Positions 45,981 through 54,567 are shown, counted from the stretch's first letter. The stretch: DNA of 55,853 nucleotides from a virus (IMGVR_UViG_3300027969_000126:1-55853), one strand, 5' to 3'. Notes: generated by a model not told the origin, from the letters alone. A program made the numbers and translations.

Positions 45981-46616
45981 ATGTGGTTTGTTTATATTTT
46001 GTATGATACTAGAAACGGTAACCCATTTTATGTGGGCAAGGGCAATAAAAGACGATTGAAAGCGACATTGAATGTAAATGCCGGGGCTAATGCCTTGAAA
46101 AAGAAATTTTTGAAAGAAATAAGAGCAGTTGGACTTGAACCTGAATTAAAAATAGTAGGAGAGCATCCTACTGAAACTGATGCGTTGAATCAAGAAAAAC
46201 AATTAATTGAACAATATGGAAGAATTATAAAAGGCAATGGATTATTAACAAACTACGCTGACGGGGGAGAAAATGGTAGCACGGGACATATATTTTCTGA
46301 AGATACAAAAAAACTTTGGTCTTCTCAAAGAATCGGAGTTAAACAAACTAAAGAACATATTGAGAGTAGAGTAGATCAACTTAGAGGAAAAATTAGGTCA
46401 ACCGAATCCAAAAGAAAATATGTTTTGGCTAGTATTCGTAGAACTAATCCGGAACTAAAAGTTGAGATTATAAGAGAACTAGAACAAAAAGAATATACCC
46501 GAGGAATGTATACAGAATTATCTAAAAAATTGAATTGCCATCATGAACTGATAAGTAGAATACACAATGAAATTGAACTATACAAGGAAGCATTAAATGA
46601 GTGGATCAAAAAGTAA
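45981..46616 (+). CDS. Free-standing GIY-YIG (Seg-like) homing endonuclease with NUMOD3-like region
   Basis: FVYIL...PFYVGKG..RR, E..A...E..LI, LTN..DGGE and HIFSEDTKK...TKEH. Confidence 0.8.
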   Translation: MWFVYILYDTRNGNPFYVGKGNKRRLKATLNVNAGANALKKKFLKEIRAVGLEPELKIVGEHPTETDALNQEKQLIEQYGRIIKGNGLLTNYADGGENGSTGHIFSEDTKKLWSSQRIGVKQTKEHIESRVDQLRGKIRSTESKRKYVLASIRRTNPELKVEIIRELEQKEYTRGMYTELSKKLNCHHELISRIHNEIELYKEALNEWIKK

Positions 46617-47151
46617 AAATAAAGGTAACTCCTTTGAGCGTGAACTCGCAACTTTTTTGTCAACTACGTATGGTGATTCATTTGTGAGGGCAGCGCATAG
46701 TGGTGCATATATAGGCGGTACTAATACGCACCGAAAAGAGCATCTTACTGAAAATCAAATCAAGTCCTTTAAGGGTGATATAATCCCCCCTGATACTTGG
46801 AATAAATTTAACGCCGAAGCAAAAAGCTATGCAGATTTTCCCTTTCATTTGATACTTACTGGAGAGTGTAAAGTATTAGATGGTTGGCTAGCGCAACTAA
46901 TGGATGTTGCTGATCCAGACGATGTAAACATTCTTTTTCTGAAGTTTAATCGTAAAGGTAGATATGTTTGTGTACAAAGCAAACTAACATGGGTTGCGGA
47001 TAATTTCACTTATTACACCTCTCAAAAACACGGAGACTGGATGATTTTCGAATTTGATAGTTTCTTCTTACATAATATACCAATATTAAAATCATATTGT
47101 TCAACAGACACCAAGTCAAAACAAAATACAATCTTAACTATTGACGTTTAA
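46597..47151 (+). CDS. Putative Holliday junction resolvase (PD-(D/E)XK, Hjc-like)
   Basis: SKNKGNSFERELA, R...SGA, GDI and EAK motifs. Confidence 0.7.
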   Translation: MSGSKSKNKGNSFERELATFLSTTYGDSFVRAAHSGAYIGGTNTHRKEHLTENQIKSFKGDIIPPDTWNKFNAEAKSYADFPFHLILTGECKVLDGWLAQLMDVADPDDVNILFLKFNRKGRYVCVQSKLTWVADNFTYYTSQKHGDWMIFEFDSFFLHNIPILKSYCSTDTKSKQNTILTIDV

Positions 47152-47164
47152 AACGTTTAAAAAT

Positions 47165-47610
47165 TAGTTGGCTCAGTTGTGAGTCCTCCTTGAGTTTGTA
47201 CAGATAGTGCTGTGCTGACGGATCTGGAGTATGCTTATCAGTAATGATAAGGAAAACCGAGAAGGCAATCGTCAAAGCGAACCTTCAATGAGTCTATATC
47301 TAACTCTATCTTGCAGATATAGAACATGCGTTGTCGAAGAATCAATTGAAAGACATTGGTAGCTTCACTACAGTCCCAAAAACACTACAGGACAACCGGT
47401 TGCGTATAATATCAGAAATAGGTAATTATACGGGGAATAGATGGCAAAGGATGACGGGCATGGCAAGTTTCCATTGGTAGTGCAAATTTGCACTACCATG
47501 GCTTCAAAGCGGCAATATATCCCTAATCAAATAAAAGTTTTTAAGACTACAGAATTGTAGAAAAATAAGACCGAACGAAGTGAGGGCTTAGATGAACGAA
47601 GTTCATCTCT
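47165..47610 (+). ncRNA. Candidate large structured non-coding RNA (family not recognised)
   Basis: No substantial ORF; about 12 consecutive stem-loops; G.U pairs and a GTAA (GNRA) tetraloop favour the + strand. Confidence 0.55.
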
Positions 47611-47650
47611 TAATGAACAATCCAATATTAGATAAATGAATAATTACGGA

Positions 47651-47827
47651 TTAGAAGAATGGCAGTTGTGATTTCTTAGTTGTTTCTAAGTTATCTTCTA
47701 TTATCTTACTAATCATAATTCTTTCATCATCGGACATGTTAAGAACATCCTCATAGGATACCCCTCCCCTCATATACCAAGAAAACTTCAAAGCAGTATT
47801 CTTAATTTCTTTTATATCTTTTTCCAT
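47651..47827 (-). CDS. gp51-like baseplate/tail assembly protein (58 aa from ATG; probably the C-terminal part of a -1 frameshift fusion)
   Basis: Hand translation: MEKDIKEIKNTALKFSWYMRGGVSYEDVLNMSDDERIMISKIIEDNLETTKKSQLPFF. The frame is open upstream to 47881. Confidence 0.75.
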   Translation of the reverse strand: MEKDIKEIKNTALKFSWYMRGGVSYEDVLNMSDDERIMISKIIEDNLETTKKSQLPFF

Positions 47828-47874
47828 TTGGTCTAATAGCTTCTGAACCCCTTCAGGGGGTAGGGATAGAAGCC

Positions 47875-48702
47875 TTATCCGAAAAAATCTGATATATTAA
47901 GTGCTAATTCTTGATTGTATTCATGTGAACAATTAACACATTTAATTTGTTGTGGCTTTATTGTTGAATTTGTTCTAATTGTAGATACATGTGTCCTGAT
48001 AGCTTCATATGTATTTCTATCACATTTTTCTATAAATTCTGTTATATGCTCTCTATTTGTTACTACAGTTGACTCTACACTAATTGATTCAACCGTATTG
48101 CAAATTAACTCAGAATTTATTTTTTGTATAGCTTTCATAAGTTCGCTGGATCTTTTATTTCTAGATTCTTCATCTGCATCATCCATAGCTTGCATTTCTC
48201 TAATCTGACGTTGCATTAACAATTGGCCCATGTTGCCGTTATTTACTTCTTTATATGAAAGAGGTTTAAATTTTACTTGTAATTCACCAACATGTAATAT
48301 ATTATTATAATCGTCAGATTTTATCGTAGTTAGTAAATACGATAAATTTACTTTATACTCACCTTCGTTTTCGCATGAAGGGCAAGTTGAAAAAATACCC
48401 AAATCATTGCCATTGGTTGCTGAACGTATGGCAATTAATATAGCATCTAAATCCATGCTAGGAATTGCCCAAGGGTCTTTTATGGCCGGAACACAACTTT
48501 TAATAATATCAACAACTGCACTTCCGTTAAATAATGCATCTGGCGTTTTACCAGTAATTTCATCTATAGCCGTCATCGGGTAAACGGGAAGTTCTCCAGT
48601 TTCGGGCATATCTATTGCTCCTTCAGGATAAAATTGACCTCTGCTAGGTAAGGTTAAATGCAATGCTGCTCTGCGAAAATACTGTCTTAGGGGGTTGTTC
48701 AT
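47875..48702 (-). CDS. Baseplate hub assembly chaperone, T4 gp26-like
   Basis: NPLRQYFR, LPSRG, PMTAIDE, D.DAIL.AIR.AT.G, CPSC and CVNC, terminal DFF. Confidence 0.75.
   Translation of the reverse strand: MNNPLRQYFRRAALHLTLPSRGQFYPEGAIDMPETGELPVYPMTAIDEITGKTPDALFNGSAVVDIIKSCVPAIKDPWAIPSMDLDAILIAIRSATNGNDLGIFSTCPSCENEGEYKVNLSYLLTTIKSDDYNNILHVGELQVKFKPLSYKEVNNGNMGQLLMQRQIREMQAMDDADEESRNKRSSELMKAIQKINSELICNTVESISVESTVVTNREHITEFIEKCDRNTYEAIRTHVSTIRTNSTIKPQQIKCVNCSHEYNQELALNISDFFG
47881..47887 (-). promoter_or_regulatory. Candidate -1 ribosomal frameshift slippery site T TTT TTC
   Basis: X XXY YYZ heptamer in the correct frame, one sense codon before the stop, with a hairpin about 7 nt downstream. 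Confidence 0.7.
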
Positions 48703-48734
48703 TAATAATTCTCCAAAATGTGTATTTTGTAAAC

Positions 48735-48759
48735 ACTAAATACATGTGAACTATTTATA
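48735..48759. promoter_or_regulatory. Opposed pair of late promoters: ACTAAATA (+, 48735-48742) and TATAAATA (-, 48752-48759)
   Basis: Match the T4 late consensus TATAAATA; lie between the divergent gp26-like and tape measure-like genes. Confidence 0.7.
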
Positions 48760-48783
48760 GTTAAAAATATGGATAAAAATTAA

Positions 48784-51700
48784 ATGGCTGGTGAAATCAA
48801 TATTGACGTAGAAAAACTGGAAAAAATGCTTGAAGCATTGGGTGTCAATGCGGGCACAGCCGCGGAAGCATTGGGTAGATTTGGTGATGAGACAGACCTT
48901 GCCACTGAACATGAACAAGATTCACTTAAAATTAGCCGAACGGTTCAACAAGAATTTGATAAGTTGGGGTTAATAGTAAAGAAAACTGTTGGTGTTAAAG
49001 ACGCTGAATATATAACCCTTAAAAAGTCTGAGGAGTTAGCAAAAAAACGTCAAAAATCAGATGAAGAAACTATTAAAATATTAGAAGCAACTCAAGCAGG
49101 CTTCAAATCATTGACCAAAGCGCAACAAGAGGAAGAATTAGCTAGAATGCGCTCCGCTGCTATGTTAGACCAACAACTAGCAAGCATGAATAAGGTTATA
49201 AATGAAAACGGTAAACTTGTAGATTTATCTGTTAAAATGAATCAAGCTGACCAGCTAAAATTAAATATGGCTCAGCGGCAAGAAGCAGCAATGAAAAAAC
49301 ACGAAGAAGCAATACTTGGTTCAGCTAATTCATTACTGGATCTGCCAAAAAAGTTGGGAGGTATGGCATTAAAATTTGCATTTGACAAAATAATTGGTGG
49401 TATCGATGCTACTTATAAGGGCATGATTGCATATGAAGATGCAATGCTTGCAGGCGCAAATGATGAAGTTTCTATGGGTATTTTACGCCGCGAACAGATG
49501 CAGGCTGAAGCAGATGCACATGGCAATTTAGGCGAATCCATGAAAGGTTTAGGTATAGATATGGCTATGCTGGGTGGCGCTGCTGTTGCCGGCTCAGCAG
49601 CTATTTCAATGGCAGGAGGTGCGGCTAGATTATTTTCGATAGTTATGACTGCTGCCTCTGGCCCAATTGGGCTTTTAATTGGTGCAATAACTGCGGCTGC
49701 AGGTATTTTTCTTTGGTTTAAAGGTCGTGAACAAGAACAAATAAAAAAATCAATAGAACTTCAAAAGAAACGTGATGAAGACCTAGGTAAACAAAATAAG
49801 GCTTTGTATGAAGGTTATGAAAAATTAGCTGATGTTTCATTAGTGGGTTCACGTGGCTTACAAGGAGTGTTTGATGACTTGCAAAAAGTAGGTGTTACTG
49901 TAAGTCAATTCGAAAAACTAAACAAAGTATTACAAGAAAATCGTAAAGACATGAAGTTGTTTGGTGCCGGAGCAGTAGACGGAGCCAAACAATTTGCGGA
50001 AAATGCAGGAAAATTAATAAACTCAGAATTGGGCGGTCAGTTGCGAGCAATGGGCATTAATCAAGAAGATCAAATGGCTCATATGGCTCAATTTATGTCT
50101 CAGCAATCTAAAACAGGTATGAAAGCTAGCGGAGACCAAGCAAAAGCAGCAGCAAATTATGTACTAGAACTTGACAAAATGGCAGTGTTAACCGGAGCAT
50201 CAAGAAAAGAACAGGAAGATGCTAGAAAAGCTATATTGTCAATGAATCAATTACGTGCCGCAATGCTTGAAGCTGAAGAGGCAAATGATACTGATAAACT
50301 TGCAGAATTGACTCGTGCGTATGAAACAGCTAGCGCATTAATGGCTGCAGGATTAAAAGCTGAAGGTGGCGCTCTTGCAAAATTATCAGCAGCAGGAGGT
50401 GGTCCAGTTGACGCTGAAACTGCTAGAATATATCAAGCTATGAGTGGTGCCGGCGGCACTCTTGAAATGATAAAGTCTGGTAAAGGAAGTAATGTAGATA
50501 GAACTCAAGCTGCTGTTTCAGGCTTAATGACACAAAATAAACAATATTTAGGTACTACTAAACTTACTGGTGGTATAGCAGGTCAAACGATGGGTGAAGG
50601 TGAATTAGGTACTCTCATTGACCTTAGTAAATCACAAGATAAAATAAAAGAAGCCGCATCAAAAGGTTCAATGACACCTGAAGAATATGCTGCGTCACAA
50701 CGTAAGCCGGCGGCGGACGCCGAAGCAGCTACAAAGGCCCGTATAGCGCAGCAAGAAACAATGTTAAAAACAGACAAAGGGCTTAGAGAAGGTACATTAA
50801 AGTATCCAGGTGCAGACGATCAAGCTAACATTATTTCAAAATTTGGTGAAAGTGTATCTAGTTTTATAAAAGGGGTTGATAAGTGGGTAGGTAATGTTGC
50901 AGATAGTATGTTTGGCGAAGGTTGGTGGGCAAAATATGGGCCCGGCGGAGAACAAGATCAAGAAAATTGGAGAATCACCAAAGAATTGTTTAACAACATG
51001 TGGGATAGTGCTGGGAAAGAATTTGCACCATGGTGGGACAAATATGGCATTGGTGGTGAACAAGATCAGAAAAATTGGGAAATAACTAAAAAAGCCTTTG
51101 ACGATATGTGGACCAATACTAAGAGTATGACTTCTGAAATTAGTGCAACGTTCGATAAAATTGGAAAAGATTTTGGTAAATCACTTCAAGATGTTGTAAA
51201 TGGTATGATTACAGCAATTAAGAATTTAATAAACATGATTCCTAACGCAGGTGCTGCTATAGACAAAGCCAAAGAAGTAGGCGGTAAAGCAGTAGATACA
51301 GTTAAAGGTGCAGCATCATCAGTTGCGGGTGCAGCATCAAGTGCTTGGGGAGGAGTTACTAGTGCGTTTGGCGGAGGAGGCGGCGGCGGTGGTGCCAAAG
51401 CAGCAGCACCTAGCGGTGGCGGCGGGAGTAGCGGTGGCGGTGGAGGCGGCGGCGGCGGTGGTCGAGGAGGACAAGGAGGCGCACCCGCACCAGTAGTACA
51501 AGGTGGTAGTGGTCGGGGTGTTTATGGCGGCGCAATGGAAGCAGGTAATGCTGGTCGAGGAGTTCAAGGAGTAGCAGCCGCTAATGCTGAATTAGAAAAA
51601 TATGCAAACATGAGCGGTGGTGCATTAGCTGCAAATATAACTAAGTTTGAAAGTGGTGCAGCAGGGTATAATGCTTATAACAGAGGAACTGTCGGTAATA

Positions 51701-52431
51701 AAATGATAGGTTCAGATAAACCTATAGATTTTAGTAAAATGACAATTGCTGAATATCTTGAGCATGGTCGTCTAAAATCAGGTGATCCAGACAAAATTTT
51801 TGCTATGGGCAAATATCAAATTATTCCTGATACTATGGCCGGCCTAGTAAAGAAATTAAAATTAGATCCTGAAAAAACATTTTTAGATAGTGCTACTCAA
51901 GATTTATTATTTAATGAAGGTATAATTAAACAAACTAGACGAAATGTTGCTGCTTATCTGTCCGGTCAAAGTAATGATAGAGATGCTGCTATATTAGATA
52001 TGGCTAAGGAATTTGCTAGTGTTGGTGTACCTTATCCGGCTGGTAAAGCACAGGAGCGTGGGCAATCATACTATGCTGGTGTTGGTGGTAACAAAGCACA
52101 CAATCCACCTGAAGCAGTAGGTGCAGCATTAGATGCAGATAGAACAACTAAAATTTCAGCAGCAATGGGTGGTATAACTCAGGGACCAATGTCAGGCTAT
52201 CCAGCTACATTACATGGTAATGAAATAATAACCCCATTGTCACCCAATAGTATATTGGAACAACTAGCAAAAACTTCAGCGGCGCCGGCAGCTTCAACAA
52301 ATCAATCTAATGATAGCGATATATTAATGAGTCTACATGATTTAATGGAAAATAAATTCAATGATATGATTAATACATTGAAAGATGGAAATAATTTAAC
52401 TGATAAATTAATAAAGTATTCTCTGGCTTAA
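48784..52431 (+). CDS. Tape measure-like protein with C-terminal lysozyme-like domain
   Basis: Long helical Ala/Gln/Lys-rich body, hydrophobic segment, Gly linker, FESG..GYNAYN...AMGKYQIIPDT...TQD...KEFAS, and GG...GP.SGYPATLHGNE. Confidence 0.7.
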   Translation: MAGEINIDVEKLEKMLEALGVNAGTAAEALGRFGDETDLATEHEQDSLKISRTVQQEFDKLGLIVKKTVGVKDAEYITLKKSEELAKKRQKSDEETIKILEATQAGFKSLTKAQQEEELARMRSAAMLDQQLASMNKVINENGKLVDLSVKMNQADQLKLNMAQRQEAAMKKHEEAILGSANSLLDLPKKLGGMALKFAFDKIIGGIDATYKGMIAYEDAMLAGANDEVSMGILRREQMQAEADAHGNLGESMKGLGIDMAMLGGAAVAGSAAISMAGGAARLFSIVMTAASGPIGLLIGAITAAAGIFLWFKGREQEQIKKSIELQKKRDEDLGKQNKALYEGYEKLADVSLVGSRGLQGVFDDLQKVGVTVSQFEKLNKVLQENRKDMKLFGAGAVDGAKQFAENAGKLINSELGGQLRAMGINQEDQMAHMAQFMSQQSKTGMKASGDQAKAAANYVLELDKMAVLTGASRKEQEDARKAILSMNQLRAAMLEAEEANDTDKLAELTRAYETASALMAAGLKAEGGALAKLSAAGGGPVDAETARIYQAMSGAGGTLEMIKSGKGSNVDRTQAAVSGLMTQNKQYLGTTKLTGGIAGQTMGEGELGTLIDLSKSQDKIKEAASKGSMTPEEYAASQRKPAADAEAATKARIAQQETMLKTDKGLREGTLKYPGADDQANIISKFGESVSSFIKGVDKWVGNVADSMFGEGWWAKYGPGGEQDQENWRITKELFNNMWDSAGKEFAPWWDKYGIGGEQDQKNWEITKKAFDDMWTNTKSMTSEISATFDKIGKDFGKSLQDVVNGMITAIKNLINMIPNAGAAIDKAKEVGGKAVDTVKGAASSVAGAASSAWGGVTSAFGGGGGGGGAKAAAPSGGGGSSGGGGGGGGGGRGGQGGAPAPVVQGGSGRGVYGGAMEAGNAGRGVQGVAAANAELEKYANMSGGALAANITKFESGAAGYNAYNRGTVGNKMIGSDKPIDFSKMTIAEYLEHGRLKSGDPDKIFAMGKYQIIPDTMAGLVKKLKLDPEKTFLDSATQDLLFNEGIIKQTRRNVAAYLSGQSNDRDAAILDMAKEFASVGVPYPAGKAQERGQSYYAGVGGNKAHNPPEAVGAALDADRTTKISAAMGGITQGPMSGYPATLHGNEIITPLSPNSILEQLAKTSAAPAASTNQSNDSDILMSLHDLMENKFNDMINTLKDGNNLTDKLIKYSLA

Positions 52432-52432
52432 C

Positions 52433-52440
52433 GCTAAATA
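52433..52440 (+). promoter_or_regulatory. Late promoter-like GCTAAATA
   Basis: Upstream of the portal gene. Confidence 0.65.
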
Positions 52441-52452
52441 CTACATAATATT

Positions 52453-54252
52453 ATGACCTACAAAAAACGTTTCACGAATAAAAGTGGTATTTCCAGTCCA
52501 ATTGGTGGCGGAAATAGTAATACCGGCGCATGGAACGGTAGCCCAGGACAAAACGGCTCTGAAACAGGAGGCTGGAATAATACAGAAATGGGTTATAAAA
52601 ACTATATGTCTAGACTTCCAGAAGTCTATACAGGTCATCCAAATCGTATTGAACGATATAATCAATATGAAATGATGGACGTTGATGCTGAAATTAACGC
52701 ATGTTTAGATATCATTAGTGAATTTAGTACACAGAAAAACGAACATAACGATACCCCATTTAATTTACAATTTACTGAGGATCCAACCCCTCACGAAGTA
52801 GAATTGCTTAAAACACAATTACAACAATGGTGTAAATTAAACGAATTTAGTACAAGAACTTTTAAAATCTTCCGTAATACAATCAAGTATGGTGATCAAG
52901 TTTTTGTGCGTGATCCCGAAAACTTCAAACTATACTGGATTGATAATACTAAAGTTATTAAAGTTATTGTTAACGAAAGCGAAGGCAAGAAGCCAGAACA
53001 ATATGTTATCAAAGATATTAACATTAACTTACAGAATCTTACTGTAGCACAGAAAACTAATTCAGACTTTGCTGCTAATCCGGCAACTGGTTTAGGTGGT
53101 ACTGGCGGCGGCTCAGGTGGTGGTGGAGGCGGTGGATATACTGTTCCAAGTATGCCCTACAACACTACAGGTAGCCGTTTCACATTGGGTCAAAGTGAAT
53201 CAGCAATTGATGCTAAACACATTGTTCATTTGAGTTTAACTGAAGGACTAGATCGCTTTTGGCCCTTTGGTCAAAGTATCTTAGAGAACATTTTCAAAGT
53301 TTATAAACAAAAGGAATTACTAGAAGATGCGGTTCTTATCTATCGTGTACAACGTGCGCCAGAACGTAGAATGTTTAAGATTGATGTTGGTAACATGCCA
53401 AGTCATTTGGCTATGGCTTTTGTTGAACGTATTAAGAATGAGATACATCAAAGACGTATTCCATCAGTTCATGGTGGTTCAGCAATAGTTGACGCAACAT
53501 ACAATCCATTATCAATGAACGAAGATTACTTCTTCCCAGTCACTGCTGATGGTAGAGGAAGTAGTGTTGAAGTATTGCCCGGTGGACAAAATCTTGGTGA
53601 AATTGATGACTTGAAGTATTTTAATAATAGATTAGCACGTGGTTTACGTGTTCCAAGTTCATATTTACCCACTGGTCCTGATGACAATACTACACCATTA
53701 AGTGACGGCCGTGTTGGTACAGCAATGATTCAAGAGTTTCGTTTCAATCAATATTGTGAACGTTTACAGAAGTATATGAGCCTTAAATTAGATGAAGAAT
53801 TTAAGTTATTCTTGCGTTGGAGAGGCTTTAACATTGATAGTGGATTGTTTACATTAGAGTTTAATCCACCACAAAACTTTGCTGCTTATCGTCAAAGTGA
53901 GTTAGATACCGCTCGTGTTAGCACATTCCAAGCTATGGAAGCATTTCCATATATGAGTAAACGTTTTGCATTAGAAAGATTCTTGGGCTTAAGTGAAGAA
54001 GAAATCAATAAGAATGAGAAAATGTGGCGTGAAGAAAACGGCAAAGAAGATGATGTCGAACCATCAAGTAGTGATTTACGTAATATTGGCGTTAGTGCAG
54101 GTGACATAGATAGTGACTTAGAGACAGCAGATAGTATTGAAAATGCTCCAGAAGAGGGAGCAGAAGCAGGTGGACCAGAAGTAGCAGGTCCTGTAACCGA
54201 TGCTGGAAACACCCCTGGTGGAATGCCTGCTCCAGCCGGTAATGCAATGTAA
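52453..54252 (+). CDS. gp20: Portal protein, T4 gp20-like
   Basis: LLEDAVLIYRVQRAPERRMFKIDVGNMP, EDYFFP, LPGGQNLGEIDDLKYF and L.VP.S motifs. Confidence 0.95.
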   Translation: MTYKKRFTNKSGISSPIGGGNSNTGAWNGSPGQNGSETGGWNNTEMGYKNYMSRLPEVYTGHPNRIERYNQYEMMDVDAEINACLDIISEFSTQKNEHNDTPFNLQFTEDPTPHEVELLKTQLQQWCKLNEFSTRTFKIFRNTIKYGDQVFVRDPENFKLYWIDNTKVIKVIVNESEGKKPEQYVIKDININLQNLTVAQKTNSDFAANPATGLGGTGGGSGGGGGGGYTVPSMPYNTTGSRFTLGQSESAIDAKHIVHLSLTEGLDRFWPFGQSILENIFKVYKQKELLEDAVLIYRVQRAPERRMFKIDVGNMPSHLAMAFVERIKNEIHQRRIPSVHGGSAIVDATYNPLSMNEDYFFPVTADGRGSSVEVLPGGQNLGEIDDLKYFNNRLARGLRVPSSYLPTGPDDNTTPLSDGRVGTAMIQEFRFNQYCERLQKYMSLKLDEEFKLFLRWRGFNIDSGLFTLEFNPPQNFAAYRQSELDTARVSTFQAMEAFPYMSKRFALERFLGLSEEEINKNEKMWREENGKEDDVEPSSSDLRNIGVSAGDIDSDLETADSIENAPEEGAEAGGPEVAGPVTDAGNTPGGMPAPAGNAM

Positions 54253-54260
54253 GATAAATA
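54253..54260 (+). promoter_or_regulatory. Late promoter-like GATAAATA
   Basis: Directly after the portal stop. Confidence 0.65.
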
Positions 54261-54266
54261 CATACT

Positions 54267-54494
54267 ATGAGACTCATGGAAATGTTTAATCCCGCCGTAG
54301 AAGGTTACCAAGATACCGAAGCGGACAACAGTAAACCAAAGTGGAAAGAAAGTCGTAAGACAAAACTAACTCTAAGACAGATACGCAAACTTAGAAAAAT
54401 GTTAGATGTTCGTAATTTTGAAAAAGCAAAGTATATCAAAAAAGTACACGAACAATATGGTGTTAAGCCCGAAGCCGGCGCACCAACTGTATAA
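54267..54494 (+). CDS. Small basic head-region protein (75 aa)
   Basis: Follows the portal with GATAAATA upstream; RKTKLTLRQIRKLRKM. Confidence 0.75.
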   Translation: MRLMEMFNPAVEGYQDTEADNSKPKWKESRKTKLTLRQIRKLRKMLDVRNFEKAKYIKKVHEQYGVKPEAGAPTV

Positions 54495-54519
54495 AATCTC
54501 TATATCTCTCCTAAAAATG

Positions 54520-54550
54520 TAAAAAATGCTATCTTATTGAGCATTTTTTA
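54520..54550. terminator. Inverted repeat TAAAAAATGCT/AGCATTTTTTA, possible terminator
   Basis: 11-bp arms with A/T tails in an intergenic gap. Confidence 0.45.
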
Positions 54551-54559
54551 GTTATACAG

Positions 54560-54567
54560 CATAAGTA
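54560..54567 (+). promoter_or_regulatory. Late promoter-like CATAAGTA
   Basis: Upstream of the scaffold-like gene. Confidence 0.5.

Noticed and set aside
47165-47610. Group I/II intron, tRNA or tmRNA identity for the structured tract
   Set aside because: It does not interrupt a gene, and I found no recognisable P7, domain V, T-loop or CCA features by eye. A covariance-model search is still needed.
44160-54252. Inteins or introns in gp46 or the portal
   Set aside because: Lengths and motif spacing are normal and no intein terminal or LAGLIDADG motifs were seen; the portal has only short Gly-rich and acidic extensions.
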